DNA of 64,000 nucleotides, taken from positions 14,035-78,034 of the forward strand of contig DATJJH010000177.1 in the NCBI GenBank assembly GCA_035492395.1. Direction: 5' to 3'. The stretch comes from Trinickia sp. (GTDB lineage: Bacteria; Pseudomonadota; Gammaproteobacteria; Burkholderiales; Burkholderiaceae). Below are positions 50,366-60,158 of the stretch, piece by piece. The notes under the pieces were generated by a model. The model was not told where the DNA came from. It ran no database searches and was given only the letters and a program-made list of their open reading frames with translations. The position numbers and the translations under genes are program-made. Every line of letters begins with the position of its first letter. The first letter of the stretch is position 1.

Positions 50366-50925
50366 CGAGCGCATTCATACGCGCGTTTAACCGCTTCGAC
50401 TTCAACTGGCCCTTGGTCGCACCGCCGGGGTAGTTCCTTCCGCTTTCCTCTTCCCATCCCGCCGGCTTAAGCGTTTCCATCGCATTTCGACTTCGGTCCC
50501 CTTCTTCATCGGTTGTCCGCGAACGCGTGATGCAAATACGCCACACTTTTGCACTCGAAACCGCGGTCATGCGGCCTCGGAAAGAATACTTCGGACGAAA
50601 TCATTTTGTCGTCCCGCGCCCGTGCGTCACTATTTCTTCCTATCCGATGGGACGGGGCTGCGAGCGAGTGGGGCCGCGGGTTTGCGGCCGCCCGGCGTGC
50701 ACGGCGCGAGTGCATCAGCGGCCTTTCCCGCACCGCCTGCGAGCGATCGCGCCCCAGCCAGAAGCGTGCTTAAGCGAACCGCTATACCGGCAATAACCGA
50801 ACGTATTTTTGTCCGGAAAAATGGTCCGTAACGATGAGATCCGCCCACGAACGACGTCAGCGATCCACGGCTCCCCAGAAACGGTTCGCGCGCCCCACTT
50901 TTTTGGACAAACGACAGGAGATCAC

Positions 50926-52029
50926 ATGAAAGCCACCGTCAGCCGCGCGCTGAAAACCACGCTTCGCACGACTGCCGCCGCGGCCGTCGCCGCCGCTTGC
51001 GCCAGCGCGAACGCCCAATCGAGCGTGCAGCTCTACGGCCAAGTCGACACATGGGCGGGCATGCAGCAGTTCCCGGGCGGCAAGCGCGCATGGGTGGAAG
51101 GCGGCGGCGGGATGTCGACGTCGTACTGGGGGATGAAGGGCCTTGAGGATCTCGGCAACGGCTATAAGGCCGTCTTCACGTTGGAAGACTTCTTCCTGCC
51201 GCAAAACGGCAACTACGGCCGTTTCTCGGGCGACACGTTCTTCGCCCGCAACGCGTACGTGGGCATCGAATCGCCGTACGGCACGGTCACGGCCGGCCGC
51301 TTGACCACGCACTTGTTCGTGTCGACGATTCTGTTCAATCCGTTCATCGATTCGTACACGTTCTCGCCGATGGTCTACCACGTGTTCCTGGGCAACACGG
51401 CGGTGCCGTCGGGCGCGACGTACGCGACCGATACGGGCGTCGTCGGCGATTCGGGCTGGAACAACGCGATTCAGTATTCCACGCCGAACTACAACGGCCT
51501 GTCGGGCAGCATCATGTACGGCCTCGGCAATCAAGCGGGCAACAACCGCTCGAAGAAGTGGAGCGCGCAGTTCCTCTATTTCCATGGGCCGTTCGCCGCG
51601 ACGGGCGTCTACCAATACGTGAACTTCAACAATGCGCCGAACGACCTCGGCCAGGTCACGCCGTTCGGCACGATCGTGCCGTTCAAGAGCCAGAGCGTCG
51701 CTCAGCTCGGCGCCAGCTACGATTTGAAGGTCGTGAAGTTCTACGGTCAGTACATGTATACGAAGAACGACGGCGTGACGAGCGGCGGCTGGCACGTCAA
51801 CACGGAGCAAGGCGGCGTGACCGCGCCCGTCGGGCCCGGCACCGCGATGGCCTCGTACGCCTACTCGCGCGACAGCGGCGGCTTGAATCAAACGCGCCGG
51901 ACTTGGGCGCTCGGCTACGACTATCCGCTGTCGAAGCGCACGGATCTGTACGCGGCCTACATGAACGACCAAATCAGCGGCCTGTCGACGGGCCAGACGG
52001 TCGGCGCCGGTATCCGCGCGAAGTTCTAG
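50926..52029 (+). CDS. Gram-negative trimeric porin (Burkholderia type)
   Basis: QSSVQLYG, WGMKGLEDLGNG, YPLSKRTDLY and terminal Phe; AGGAG RBS. Confidence 0.95.
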   Translation: MKATVSRALKTTLRTTAAAAVAAACASANAQSSVQLYGQVDTWAGMQQFPGGKRAWVEGGGGMSTSYWGMKGLEDLGNGYKAVFTLEDFFLPQNGNYGRFSGDTFFARNAYVGIESPYGTVTAGRLTTHLFVSTILFNPFIDSYTFSPMVYHVFLGNTAVPSGATYATDTGVVGDSGWNNAIQYSTPNYNGLSGSIMYGLGNQAGNNRSKKWSAQFLYFHGPFAATGVYQYVNFNNAPNDLGQVTPFGTIVPFKSQSVAQLGASYDLKVVKFYGQYMYTKNDGVTSGGWHVNTEQGGVTAPVGPGTAMASYAYSRDSGGLNQTRRTWALGYDYPLSKRTDLYAAYMNDQISGLSTGQTVGAGIRAKF

Positions 52030-52119
52030 CCCCCGGGCTGCCCCGCGCAAGCCATCCCGCGCGTTGCCTATACTGCGAAGATCAGATCCGCAGCCGGCCA
52101 GCGCGAGCGAGGGGCAGCC

Positions 52120-55100
52120 ATGACCGATCTTTCGACGCCGCAACGTCTCGGCCCGACCCGGCCGGCGCCGGCTTTGCGTTTGCGTTTCGTCACGGCCGCC
52201 GCGCTGTTCGACGGACACGACGCCGCGATCAACATCATCCGGCGCATTTTGCAGGCGAGCGGCGTGGAGGTCGTACATCTCGGCCATAACCGGTCCGTCG
52301 CCGAAGTCGCGCGGGCCGCGCTCGACGAGGATGCCGACGGCGTAGCCGTGTCGAGCTATCAAGGCGGGCACGTCGAGTACTTCAAGTACCTCGTCGACGC
52401 GCTGCGCGAGGGCGGCGGCGAGCGCACGCTCGTCTTCGGCGGCGGCGGCGGCGTCATCGTCGCCGACGAGATCGACGAACTCCAGCGCTACGGCGTCGAG
52501 CGGATCTATTCCCCGCATGAAGGCCAGCGGCTTGGCCTGCAGGGCATGATCGACGACATGATCGCGCGCTGCGCGAAGGCCGCGGCGCGCGAGGCTTCGT
52601 CCCCGCAAGCCAGTGCGGCGCAGCAGTTGGCTGCCCTGCCGGGCAACGGGGCTCGAACGTGGCGGCCGCTGGCCGCGTTGATCAGTGCGCTCGAAAGCGG
52701 TCGCGTCGATGCGAACACGCTGGCCTTGCTCGGCGAACGCGCTCGAGCGGCCAACGCGATTCCCGTGCTCGGCGTGACCGGTACCGGCGGCGCGGGTAAA
52801 TCGTCGTTGACCGACGAACTCGTGCGGCGCTTTCGCCTCGATTACGGCGATGCGCTGTCGATCGCGGTCCTGGCCGTCGATCCGTCGCGGCGCAAGTCAG
52901 GCGGCGCGCTCCTCGGCGACCGCATTCGGATGAACGCGATCGGCGATTGGGGCGGCGGCCCACGCGTGTTCATGCGCTCGCTCGCGACGCGCGGCGCGGC
53001 GACGGAGCTGCCCGAGGTCATCCCCGATGCCATCGCGGCGTGCAAGGCGGCCGGCTTTCACCTCATCGTCGTCGAGACATCGGGCATCGGTCAGGGCGAT
53101 GCGGCGATCGCCCAGGTGGCCGACCGCTCGCTCTACGTGATGACGCCGGAGTTCGGCGCGGCAAGCCAGCTCGAGAAGATCGACATGCTCGACTTCGCCG
53201 ATTTCGTCGCGATCAACAAGTTCGATCGCAGCGGCGCGCTCGATGCGCTGCGCGACGTCGCCAAGCAGATGCAGCGCAACCGCGGCGCGTTCGGCGAGGC
53301 GCCGGAGCGCATGCCCGTCATCGGCACGATCGCCTCGCGTTTCAACGACGAGGGCGTCACTGCGCTTTATCAGCGAATCGTGGAAGCGCTGCGCGAGCAA
53401 GGGCTGCGCGCGCCCGAAGGCGGCCCTCGTTTGCCGCGCGTCACGGCGCGTCATTCGCGAGAAGGCAGCGCGATCGTGCCCGCAGCGCGCATCCGATACC
53501 TCTCCGAAATCGCCGATGCGGTTCGCGCTTATCGCGACAGGGCGCACGAGCAAGCGCAGAGCGCCCGAGAGCGGTGGCAGTTGAGCGAAGCGAAACGGAT
53601 GGCGCTGCAGGCGGGCGCCGCGGCTGCCGATACGCTCACGGGCCGGCTCGATGCGCTCATCGCCGAGCGCGAAGCGCGGCTAGGCGCACGCGAACGGGAG
53701 ATGCTCGACGCGTGGCCGCGGACGGTGGCCGAATACTCGGGCGACGAGCGCGTGACGACGATTCGCGGCCGCGAGATTCGTACGCCGCTCACGGTGACGA
53801 CGCTCTCGGGCGCCTCGGTCCGGAAGGTGTCGCTGCCGAAGTTCGTCGACCCGGGCGAGACGCTGCGTTGGCTGATGCTCGAAAATTTGCCCGGGTACTT
53901 TCCGTTCACCGCCGGCGTGTTCCCGTTCAAGCGGGAAAACGAAGACCCCACACGCATGTTCGCGGGCGAGGGCGATCCGCCGCGCACGAATCGGCGCTTC
54001 AAGCTGCTGTCTGAAGGCATGCCGGCGCGCCGCCTATCGACGGCGTTCGATTCGGTGACGCTCTACGGCGAAGACCCGGACGCACGCCCCGACATCTACG
54101 GCAAGATCGGCAACTCCGGTGTATCGGTCGCGACGCTCGACGACATGAAAGCGCTCTACGACGGCTTCGATCTACGCGACCCGGCCACGTCCGTCTCGAT
54201 GACGATCAATGGCCCGGCGCCCACGGTCCTCGCCATGTTCTTCAACGCCGCGATCGATCGGCAGCTCGAGCGGCTGACCGAGCGATGCGCGGCCGAGCAG
54301 CGCGAGCCGAGCGCGCAAGAAATCGAACAAACGCGGGCGGACACCTTGAGCGAGCTGCGCGGGACGGTACAGGCGGACATCCTCAAGGAGGACCAAGGGC
54401 AGAACACGTGCATCTTCTCGACGGATTTCAGCTTGAAGATGATGGGCGACGTGCAGGCGTATTTCATCGAGCACGACATACGCAATTTTTATTCGGTGTC
54501 GATTTCGGGCTATCACATCGCCGAAGCCGGTGCGAACCCGATCACACAGCTGGCCTATACGCTCGCGAACGGCTTCACGTATGTCGAGGCTTATCTCGCG
54601 CGCGGCTTGGCCGTCGACGCGTTCGCGCCGAATCTATCGTTCTTCTTTTCGAACGGCATGGAGCCCGAATACACGGTGATCGGCCGCGTGGCGCGCCGTA
54701 TCTGGGCCGTGGCGATGCGCGAGAAGTACGGCGCGAACGAGCGCAGCCAGAAACTCAAGTATCACGTGCAGACCTCCGGGCGGAGTCTGCATGCCCAGGA
54801 AATCGAGTTCAACGACATTCGCACGACCCTGCAAGCGCTGATCGCGCTCTACGACAACTGCAACTCCTTGCACACGAACGCCTTCGACGAAGCAATCACG
54901 ACACCGACGGAAGCGTCGGTCCGGCGCGCCATCGCCGTCCAGTTGATCATCAATCGCGAGTGGGGCTTGGCAAAAAGTCAGAATCCGAATCAGGGCAGCT
55001 TCGCGATCGAGGAGTTGACCGATCTCGTCGAAGCGGCCGTGCTAGACGAGTTCGATCGCCTGACCGCGCGCGGCGGCGTGCTCGGCGCCATGGAAACGGG

Positions 55101-55458
55101 TTACCAGCGCGGGCGCATTCAAGACGAATCGATGCGCTACGAGCACCGCAAGCACGACGGTTCTTATCCGATCGTCGGCGTCAACACGTTCGTGAGCGCG
55201 CAGGCCGACGAGTCCGCGGGCCCACCGGCACTGGCGCGTTCGACGCGTGAGGAGAAGGAAAGCCAGCGCGAACGGCTCGCGGCGTTCCACGCGCGTCATC
55301 GCGAGGAGGCCGCGCCGATGCTGTCCCGGTTGCAGCGCGCCGTCATCGACGACGAGAACGTGTTCGCCGTGCTGATGGACGCCGTGCGCGTCTGCTCGCT
55401 CGGGCAGATTACCCATGCGTTGTTCGAAGTGGGGGGGCAGTATCGGCGCAACATGTGA
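52120..55458 (+). CDS. icmF: Fused isobutyryl-CoA mutase/MeaI GTPase chaperone
   Basis: B12-binding FDGHDAA, P-loop GTGGAGKSS, NKFD, mutase TRMFAGEG and VGGQYRRNM end. Confidence 0.92.
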   Translation: MTDLSTPQRLGPTRPAPALRLRFVTAAALFDGHDAAINIIRRILQASGVEVVHLGHNRSVAEVARAALDEDADGVAVSSYQGGHVEYFKYLVDALREGGGERTLVFGGGGGVIVADEIDELQRYGVERIYSPHEGQRLGLQGMIDDMIARCAKAAAREASSPQASAAQQLAALPGNGARTWRPLAALISALESGRVDANTLALLGERARAANAIPVLGVTGTGGAGKSSLTDELVRRFRLDYGDALSIAVLAVDPSRRKSGGALLGDRIRMNAIGDWGGGPRVFMRSLATRGAATELPEVIPDAIAACKAAGFHLIVVETSGIGQGDAAIAQVADRSLYVMTPEFGAASQLEKIDMLDFADFVAINKFDRSGALDALRDVAKQMQRNRGAFGEAPERMPVIGTIASRFNDEGVTALYQRIVEALREQGLRAPEGGPRLPRVTARHSREGSAIVPAARIRYLSEIADAVRAYRDRAHEQAQSARERWQLSEAKRMALQAGAAAADTLTGRLDALIAEREARLGAREREMLDAWPRTVAEYSGDERVTTIRGREIRTPLTVTTLSGASVRKVSLPKFVDPGETLRWLMLENLPGYFPFTAGVFPFKRENEDPTRMFAGEGDPPRTNRRFKLLSEGMPARRLSTAFDSVTLYGEDPDARPDIYGKIGNSGVSVATLDDMKALYDGFDLRDPATSVSMTINGPAPTVLAMFFNAAIDRQLERLTERCAAEQREPSAQEIEQTRADTLSELRGTVQADILKEDQGQNTCIFSTDFSLKMMGDVQAYFIEHDIRNFYSVSISGYHIAEAGANPITQLAYTLANGFTYVEAYLARGLAVDAFAPNLSFFFSNGMEPEYTVIGRVARRIWAVAMREKYGANERSQKLKYHVQTSGRSLHAQEIEFNDIRTTLQALIALYDNCNSLHTNAFDEAITTPTEASVRRAIAVQLIINREWGLAKSQNPNQGSFAIEELTDLVEAAVLDEFDRLTARGGVLGAMETGYQRGRIQDESMRYEHRKHDGSYPIVGVNTFVSAQADESAGPPALARSTREEKESQRERLAAFHARHREEAAPMLSRLQRAVIDDENVFAVLMDAVRVCSLGQITHALFEVGGQYRRNM

Positions 55459-55509
55459 GGTGGCCGCCTCGCCGTTGCGCCCCGTCGCGCCTTCGGCGTA
55501 AAACGACGT

Positions 55510-56469
55510 TCAGCGCGTGGCCAGCAGGCGCTCGCGCGCCGCGTCGTACTCCCCCTTCAATCGCTCGACGAGCGCCGCCACGGTCGGCACATCGTCCATT
55601 AAGCCGACGCCTTGCCCCGCACCCCAAATGTCCTTCCAAGCCTTCGCCTTGTCGCCGCCGAAGTTCATCTTCGTCTTGTCCGACGCGGGCAGCGCGTCCG
55701 GATCGAGCCCCGCATTGACGATGCTTTCGCGAATGTAGTTGCCGTGCACGCCCGTGAAGAGATTCGTGTAGACGATATCCGATGCGCTCGCATTGACGAT
55801 GGCGTGCTTGTACTCGTCGATGGCGTGGGCTTCCTGCGTGGCGATGAAGCGCGTGCCCATATAGGCGAGATCGGCGCCCATCGCTTGAGCGGCGAGGATC
55901 GAACCGCCGTTGGCGATCGAACCCGACAGCACGATCGGCCCATCGAAAATGCGCCGCACTTCGCCGACGAGCGCGAACGGCGAGGTCGTGCCCGCATGAC
56001 CGCCCGCGCCGGCCGCAACCAGAATCAAGCCGTCGACGCCCGCCTCGAGCGCCTTTTGTGCGTGGCGCAGATTGATGACGTCGTGCAGCACGATGCCGCC
56101 GTAGCTGTGGACCGCGTCGATGATTTCCTTGGCGGGCGCCCGCAGGCTCGTAATGAAGATGGGCACCTGGTGCTCGACGCAAACACGCACGTCCTGCTCG
56201 AGCCGCACATTCGACTGATGAACGATCTGGTTGACGGCGATCGGCCCGATGCGTTTGCCGGGGTTCTCGGCGCGGTGCGCGGCCAGCGCTTCGCCCATCT
56301 GCGTGAGCCATTCGTCGAGCCGCTCGGCCGGCCGTGCGTTGAGCGCCGGGAACGAGCCGACGATCCCGGCCTTGCACTGGGCGAGCACGAGCTCCGGATA
56401 GCTCACGATGAACATCGGCGACGCGACGACAGGCAGCGTCAGATTCTGTAGGACGGCAGGCAGGGCCAT
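55510..56469 (-). CDS. Nitronate monooxygenase / FabK-like flavin oxidoreductase
   Basis: ASPMF, AGGHAG, YMGTRF and WKDIWGAGQG motifs. Confidence 0.9.
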   Translation of the reverse strand: MALPAVLQNLTLPVVASPMFIVSYPELVLAQCKAGIVGSFPALNARPAERLDEWLTQMGEALAAHRAENPGKRIGPIAVNQIVHQSNVRLEQDVRVCVEHQVPIFITSLRAPAKEIIDAVHSYGGIVLHDVINLRHAQKALEAGVDGLILVAAGAGGHAGTTSPFALVGEVRRIFDGPIVLSGSIANGGSILAAQAMGADLAYMGTRFIATQEAHAIDEYKHAIVNASASDIVYTNLFTGVHGNYIRESIVNAGLDPDALPASDKTKMNFGGDKAKAWKDIWGAGQGVGLMDDVPTVAALVERLKGEYDAARERLLATR

Positions 56470-56495
56470 GACGCGAGTCTCCTTGGTGTCTAAAA

Positions 56496-56514
56496 GAACG
56501 ATCGTTCGATTATA
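56496..56514 (-). promoter_or_regulatory. Perfect palindrome GAACGATCGTTC next to a TATAAT -10 box
   Basis: Palindrome 56496-56507; minus-strand TATAAT at 56509-14; resembles betaproteobacterial TetR (FadP-type) fatty-acid regulon sites as recalled. Confidence 0.6.
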
Positions 56515-56661
56515 GGGGATGCGCGCGAGGAAACCGAGGGGCGCGGCGTTGGAGTGAGTGCTCTGGTTCTACGTTTCGTGGCGCCGCGAACGAGCGCATG
56601 TCATCAGCGCCCCTAAAATACGAGGTAGTTCGAACAACGATGAGCAGCAGGAGCCTACGCT

Positions 56662-57600
56662 ATGACTTTCGCCGACTTTACCCCCTTTCACGTGGACGCC
56701 GACGGCGTCGAAATCTTCGGCATGACGGGCGGTGAAGGTCCTCCATTATTGCTGATGCATGGGCATCCGCAGACCCATCGGATTTGGGATCGCTGTGTGC
56801 CGCACTTGGCGAAGCACTTCACTGTGGTCGCCACGGACCTGCGCGGATACGGGCAATCGGGCAAGCCGGCAAGCGACCCGACCCATGCGGCTTATTCGAA
56901 GCGGGCGATGGCGGCCGATCAGGTCGCCGTGATGCGCCATTTCGGCTTCGAACGGTTCCTCGTCTGCGCCCATGACCGCGGGGCGCGCGTGGCGCATCGG
57001 ATGGCGCTCGATCATCCGCACGCCGTCGAGCGGATGATGCTGCTCGACATCGCACCGACGCTCGCCATGTACGAAGGCACGGACCGCGCGTTCGCCACCG
57101 CGTACTTCCACTGGTTTTTCTTGATCCAGCCGCATCCGCTGCCGGAGACGCTGATCGGCGCCGACCCGGCCGCTTACGTCAAAGCCGTCATGGGCGGCCG
57201 TCATGCCGGGCTCGCGCCGTTCGACCCTGACGCCTTGCGCGCCTACTGCGACGCGCTCGCGGCGCCGGGCGCCGTGCAGGCGATGTGCGAGGACTACCGC
57301 GCTTCATCGACGATCGACCTCGAGCACGACCGCGCCGATCTGGAACGCGGCCGCAAGATCGGCTGTCCCGTGCGCGTATTGTGGGGCGCGCAGGGCGTCG
57401 TGGCGCGCTGCTTCTCGCCGCTAGAGGAGTGGTGGAAAGTGGCGCGCGACGTCAGCGGACGCGCCCTCGAGTGCGGACATTACATTCCCGAAGAAGCGCC
57501 CGACGCCCTGATGGCCGAGATTCACGATTTCTTCGAAACCGACGAATCGAGCGATGGCGCAGCGAGCGCGGCCGAGCGCGTCAACGAGCGCCGCGCTTGA
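56662..57600 (+). CDS. Alpha/beta hydrolase, haloacetate/fluoroacetate dehalogenase-like
   Basis: HGHPQT, HDRGARV, LDIAPT, YFHWFF, EDYRA and GHYIPEE motifs. Confidence 0.85.
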   Translation: MTFADFTPFHVDADGVEIFGMTGGEGPPLLLMHGHPQTHRIWDRCVPHLAKHFTVVATDLRGYGQSGKPASDPTHAAYSKRAMAADQVAVMRHFGFERFLVCAHDRGARVAHRMALDHPHAVERMMLLDIAPTLAMYEGTDRAFATAYFHWFFLIQPHPLPETLIGADPAAYVKAVMGGRHAGLAPFDPDALRAYCDALAAPGAVQAMCEDYRASSTIDLEHDRADLERGRKIGCPVRVLWGAQGVVARCFSPLEEWWKVARDVSGRALECGHYIPEEAPDALMAEIHDFFETDESSDGAASAAERVNERRA

Positions 57601-58150
57601 TCTGACGCGGCCTGGCCTGCGGTTCTTGCGCGGAAGCCGGCTCGGCGGCGCGCGTGCGGCGTTCGGGCGGTCCGAGTGGAGGCAAGCGGCGGGCGAGAGG
57701 CGTCGCCTTGACGATGGCCGTGCTGGTTTCGGCGCGCTCGCCCACCTTCAGCAAGATTTCGTCGAGTTCCTCGATGTTGCGCAGAAAAAGCCGGCACACG
57801 AAACAATCGTCGCCGGTGACTTTGTCGCATTCGACGAATTCCGGAATGCGGCGGATTTCGTCCTCGACGAGATGCAACTGCCCGGGCAAGGGCTTGACGC
57901 GCACGATCGCCTGCAGCGTATAGCCGAGCGCGCGCGGGTCGATTTGCACCGTAAAGCGCTCGATCACGCCTTGCGCTTCGAGCCGTCGCAGCCGCTCGGC
58001 CGTGCTCGGGGCCGAGAGCCCCACTTCGCGGGCGAGATCGGCCACCGCGGTGCGCGCATCCTCAGCCAGCAGACGCAGCAAGGTTCGGTCGGTATCGTCG
58101 AGACCGGCGGCAGTCGAGCCCGGCGCGCCAACAGAAAGGCGTCTTGGCAT
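57581..58150 (-). CDS. Lrp/AsnC family regulator
   Basis: LDDTDRTLLRLLAEDAR...GLSAPSTAERLRRLE; VTGDDCF. Confidence 0.93.
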   Translation of the reverse strand: MPRRLSVGAPGSTAAGLDDTDRTLLRLLAEDARTAVADLAREVGLSAPSTAERLRRLEAQGVIERFTVQIDPRALGYTLQAIVRVKPLPGQLHLVEDEIRRIPEFVECDKVTGDDCFVCRLFLRNIEELDEILLKVGERAETSTAIVKATPLARRLPPLGPPERRTRAAEPASAQEPQARPRQIKRGAR

Positions 58151-58321
58151 TTTCACCTTCGTTTCGTAGAAAAATTTGCATGCCAGCCTTAGTTTAGCCG
58201 TGTTTTTGCCCGCTGCAAATCGATAGACTCATCTGCATCGATCCTCGACTTCGGACCGGCGCTTTCAAGCCTTCGAAGCGAGACTTGGGCTAAGCGCAAA
58301 CAACCAGAGACAGGTGCGTCC

Positions 58322-59290
58322 ATGGCAACTCAATCGGTGAGTCCGGCAGCGACATCGGAAACAGGAAAGGAAATTCGGCGCGGTGCGATCGAGATGGTCG
58401 CCGCGATGTTGATCTCCGGCACGATCGGCTGGCTCGTCGTGGCCTCGGGGCAGTCCCCGCAGAACGTCGTGTTCGTGCGCTGTTTGCTCGGCGCGCCGAC
58501 GCTCGCGCTGATCTGCTTTGGGCTAGGGCTGATCCGCCGGGACATGCTGTCGTGGCGCACGGTGGGCCTTGCCGCCGCGGGCGGCGCGGCGATCGTGGCG
58601 AACTGGGTGCTGCTGTTTGCGGCCTATTCGCGGGCCTCCATTTCCATGGCGACGGTCGCCTACAACACGCAGCCGTTCATGCTCGTGCTGCTCGGCGTGG
58701 TCGTGTTCCGCGAACGCATTACCGCATCGACGGCGGCTTGGCTCGGCGTAGCGTTCGTTGGACTTGTCCTTGTCGTGAAGGTCGAGCCGGCGGTGCTCAC
58801 CGTGCCCGGGCAGTATCTGCGGGGAATCGGCTACGCACTCGCGGCGGCGTTCCTCTATGCCGTCTCCTCGATCATCACGAAGCGCCTCAAGGGTACGCCC
58901 CCGCAATTGATCGCGCTGATTCAAGTCACGTTGGGGATCGTCTTGCTGGCGCCGTTCGTCAACGTGCATGCATTGCCGAGCACGTTCATGCCGTGGGCCG
59001 ACCTTAGTGCGATCGGCGTGATCCACACAGGGTTCGTCTACATTTTGCTGTACGGTGCAATTCAGAAGCTGCCGACGGCGATGACGGCGGCGCTGTCGTT
59101 CATCTACCCGGTCGTCGCGATCGTCTGCGACCGGTTCGCCTTCGGGCAGACCCTTGCGTGGGTGCAGCTTGCCGGTGCGGCGTTGATTCTGCTCGCGGCG
59201 GCGGGGGTGAACTTTGGATGGCGGATCGTACCCCAGCGGCGCGCGGGAAGGGTCGGCACGTCGGCGGCTCGCGCCGCGCAGAGTGACTGA
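58322..59290 (+). CDS. DMT/EamA family transporter
   Basis: Two EamA repeats, about 10 TM; divergent from Lrp. Confidence 0.9.
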   Translation: MATQSVSPAATSETGKEIRRGAIEMVAAMLISGTIGWLVVASGQSPQNVVFVRCLLGAPTLALICFGLGLIRRDMLSWRTVGLAAAGGAAIVANWVLLFAAYSRASISMATVAYNTQPFMLVLLGVVVFRERITASTAAWLGVAFVGLVLVVKVEPAVLTVPGQYLRGIGYALAAAFLYAVSSIITKRLKGTPPQLIALIQVTLGIVLLAPFVNVHALPSTFMPWADLSAIGVIHTGFVYILLYGAIQKLPTAMTAALSFIYPVVAIVCDRFAFGQTLAWVQLAGAALILLAAAGVNFGWRIVPQRRAGRVGTSAARAAQSD

Positions 59291-59384
59291 AATAATCGTC
59301 GCCGATCTGCAGGGAAATCACCGATGCGTCGGGCGGCGGCGCATCGGTATCATGACGACTGACGCTGATCACGTCGGAAATTGC

Positions 59385-59419
59385 GCCGTTCGTCCTCGAT
59401 GATGAACGGCTTTCTTTTT
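59385..59419 (+). terminator. Rho-independent terminator
   Basis: GCCGTTCGTC-6nt-GATGAACGGC stem followed by TTTCTTTTT. Confidence 0.7.
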
Positions 59420-59513
59420 ATGTGCGCCGCTGTTGCGTCGCGATGTGCGTATCGGCTGCATACGCTGCCCGCAGGCACTGCATGCCGTCAACGACGAGCG
59501 GGCGCCAAGGCAC

Positions 59514-60056
59514 TCACGCGCGCAGCGCCACATCCACTACCGGCGCACCGGTCAGCGCGATCAGCTCCTCCGGCGACAAGTTGAACACCGCATGCGGATG
59601 TCCCGCCGCCGCCCATAGGCTGTCGAGCTGCAGCAGGTCGGAATCGATCAGCGTGACGGGCGGGGTCAGGTGTCCGATCGGGCACACGCCGCCGATCGCA
59701 TACCCCGTCTTGTCTTTCACGAACTTCGCATCGGCGCGCGCAATGTCGCCCACGTGCCGAGCGACCTTGCCTTCGTCGACGCGATTGGCGCCGCTCGCCA
59801 CCACGAGCACGGGTGCGTCGTCGTCACGGCGACGGAACAGGATCGACTTGGCGATTTGCGCGACGGAGCATCCAAGCCCCGCCGCGGCTTCGGCCGATGT
59901 CTTGCCCGTTTGCGGCAGCATGACGACGGGTTTCTCGTGGCCGCGCTCGCGCAGCAGCCGCGCCACGCGCCGCGCGGTGTCGGGCAGTGCGGCAAGCGGC
60001 TCGGCGGCGTCGGGCGCGTCGGGCATGTTGGTTTGGGTCAGATGGGCTTGTTCCAT
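59514..60056 (-). CDS. YbaK/EbsC aminoacyl-tRNA deacylase family
   Basis: QIAKSILF, TGYAIGGVCPIGH and WAAAGHPHAVF motifs. Confidence 0.92.
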   Translation of the reverse strand: MEQAHLTQTNMPDAPDAAEPLAALPDTARRVARLLRERGHEKPVVMLPQTGKTSAEAAAGLGCSVAQIAKSILFRRRDDDAPVLVVASGANRVDEGKVARHVGDIARADAKFVKDKTGYAIGGVCPIGHLTPPVTLIDSDLLQLDSLWAAAGHPHAVFNLSPEELIALTGAPVVDVALRA

Positions 60057-60158
60057 GTCGTTATTCCCGCGAGCTCGTCGGTCGAGTCGGTAGTTGAGTG
60101 TCGTGGGTGATGGGCGTTTCGGTTTCGTCGAAGACGCTTCTACGCGGCCCGATCGGCG

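Noticed and set aside
50700-50780. Cobalamin riboswitch upstream of porin/icmF (AGCCAGAAG-like string)
   Set aside because: The other conserved B12-element blocks (GGGAA, GCCCCCGC, GCCACTG) are not present in order.
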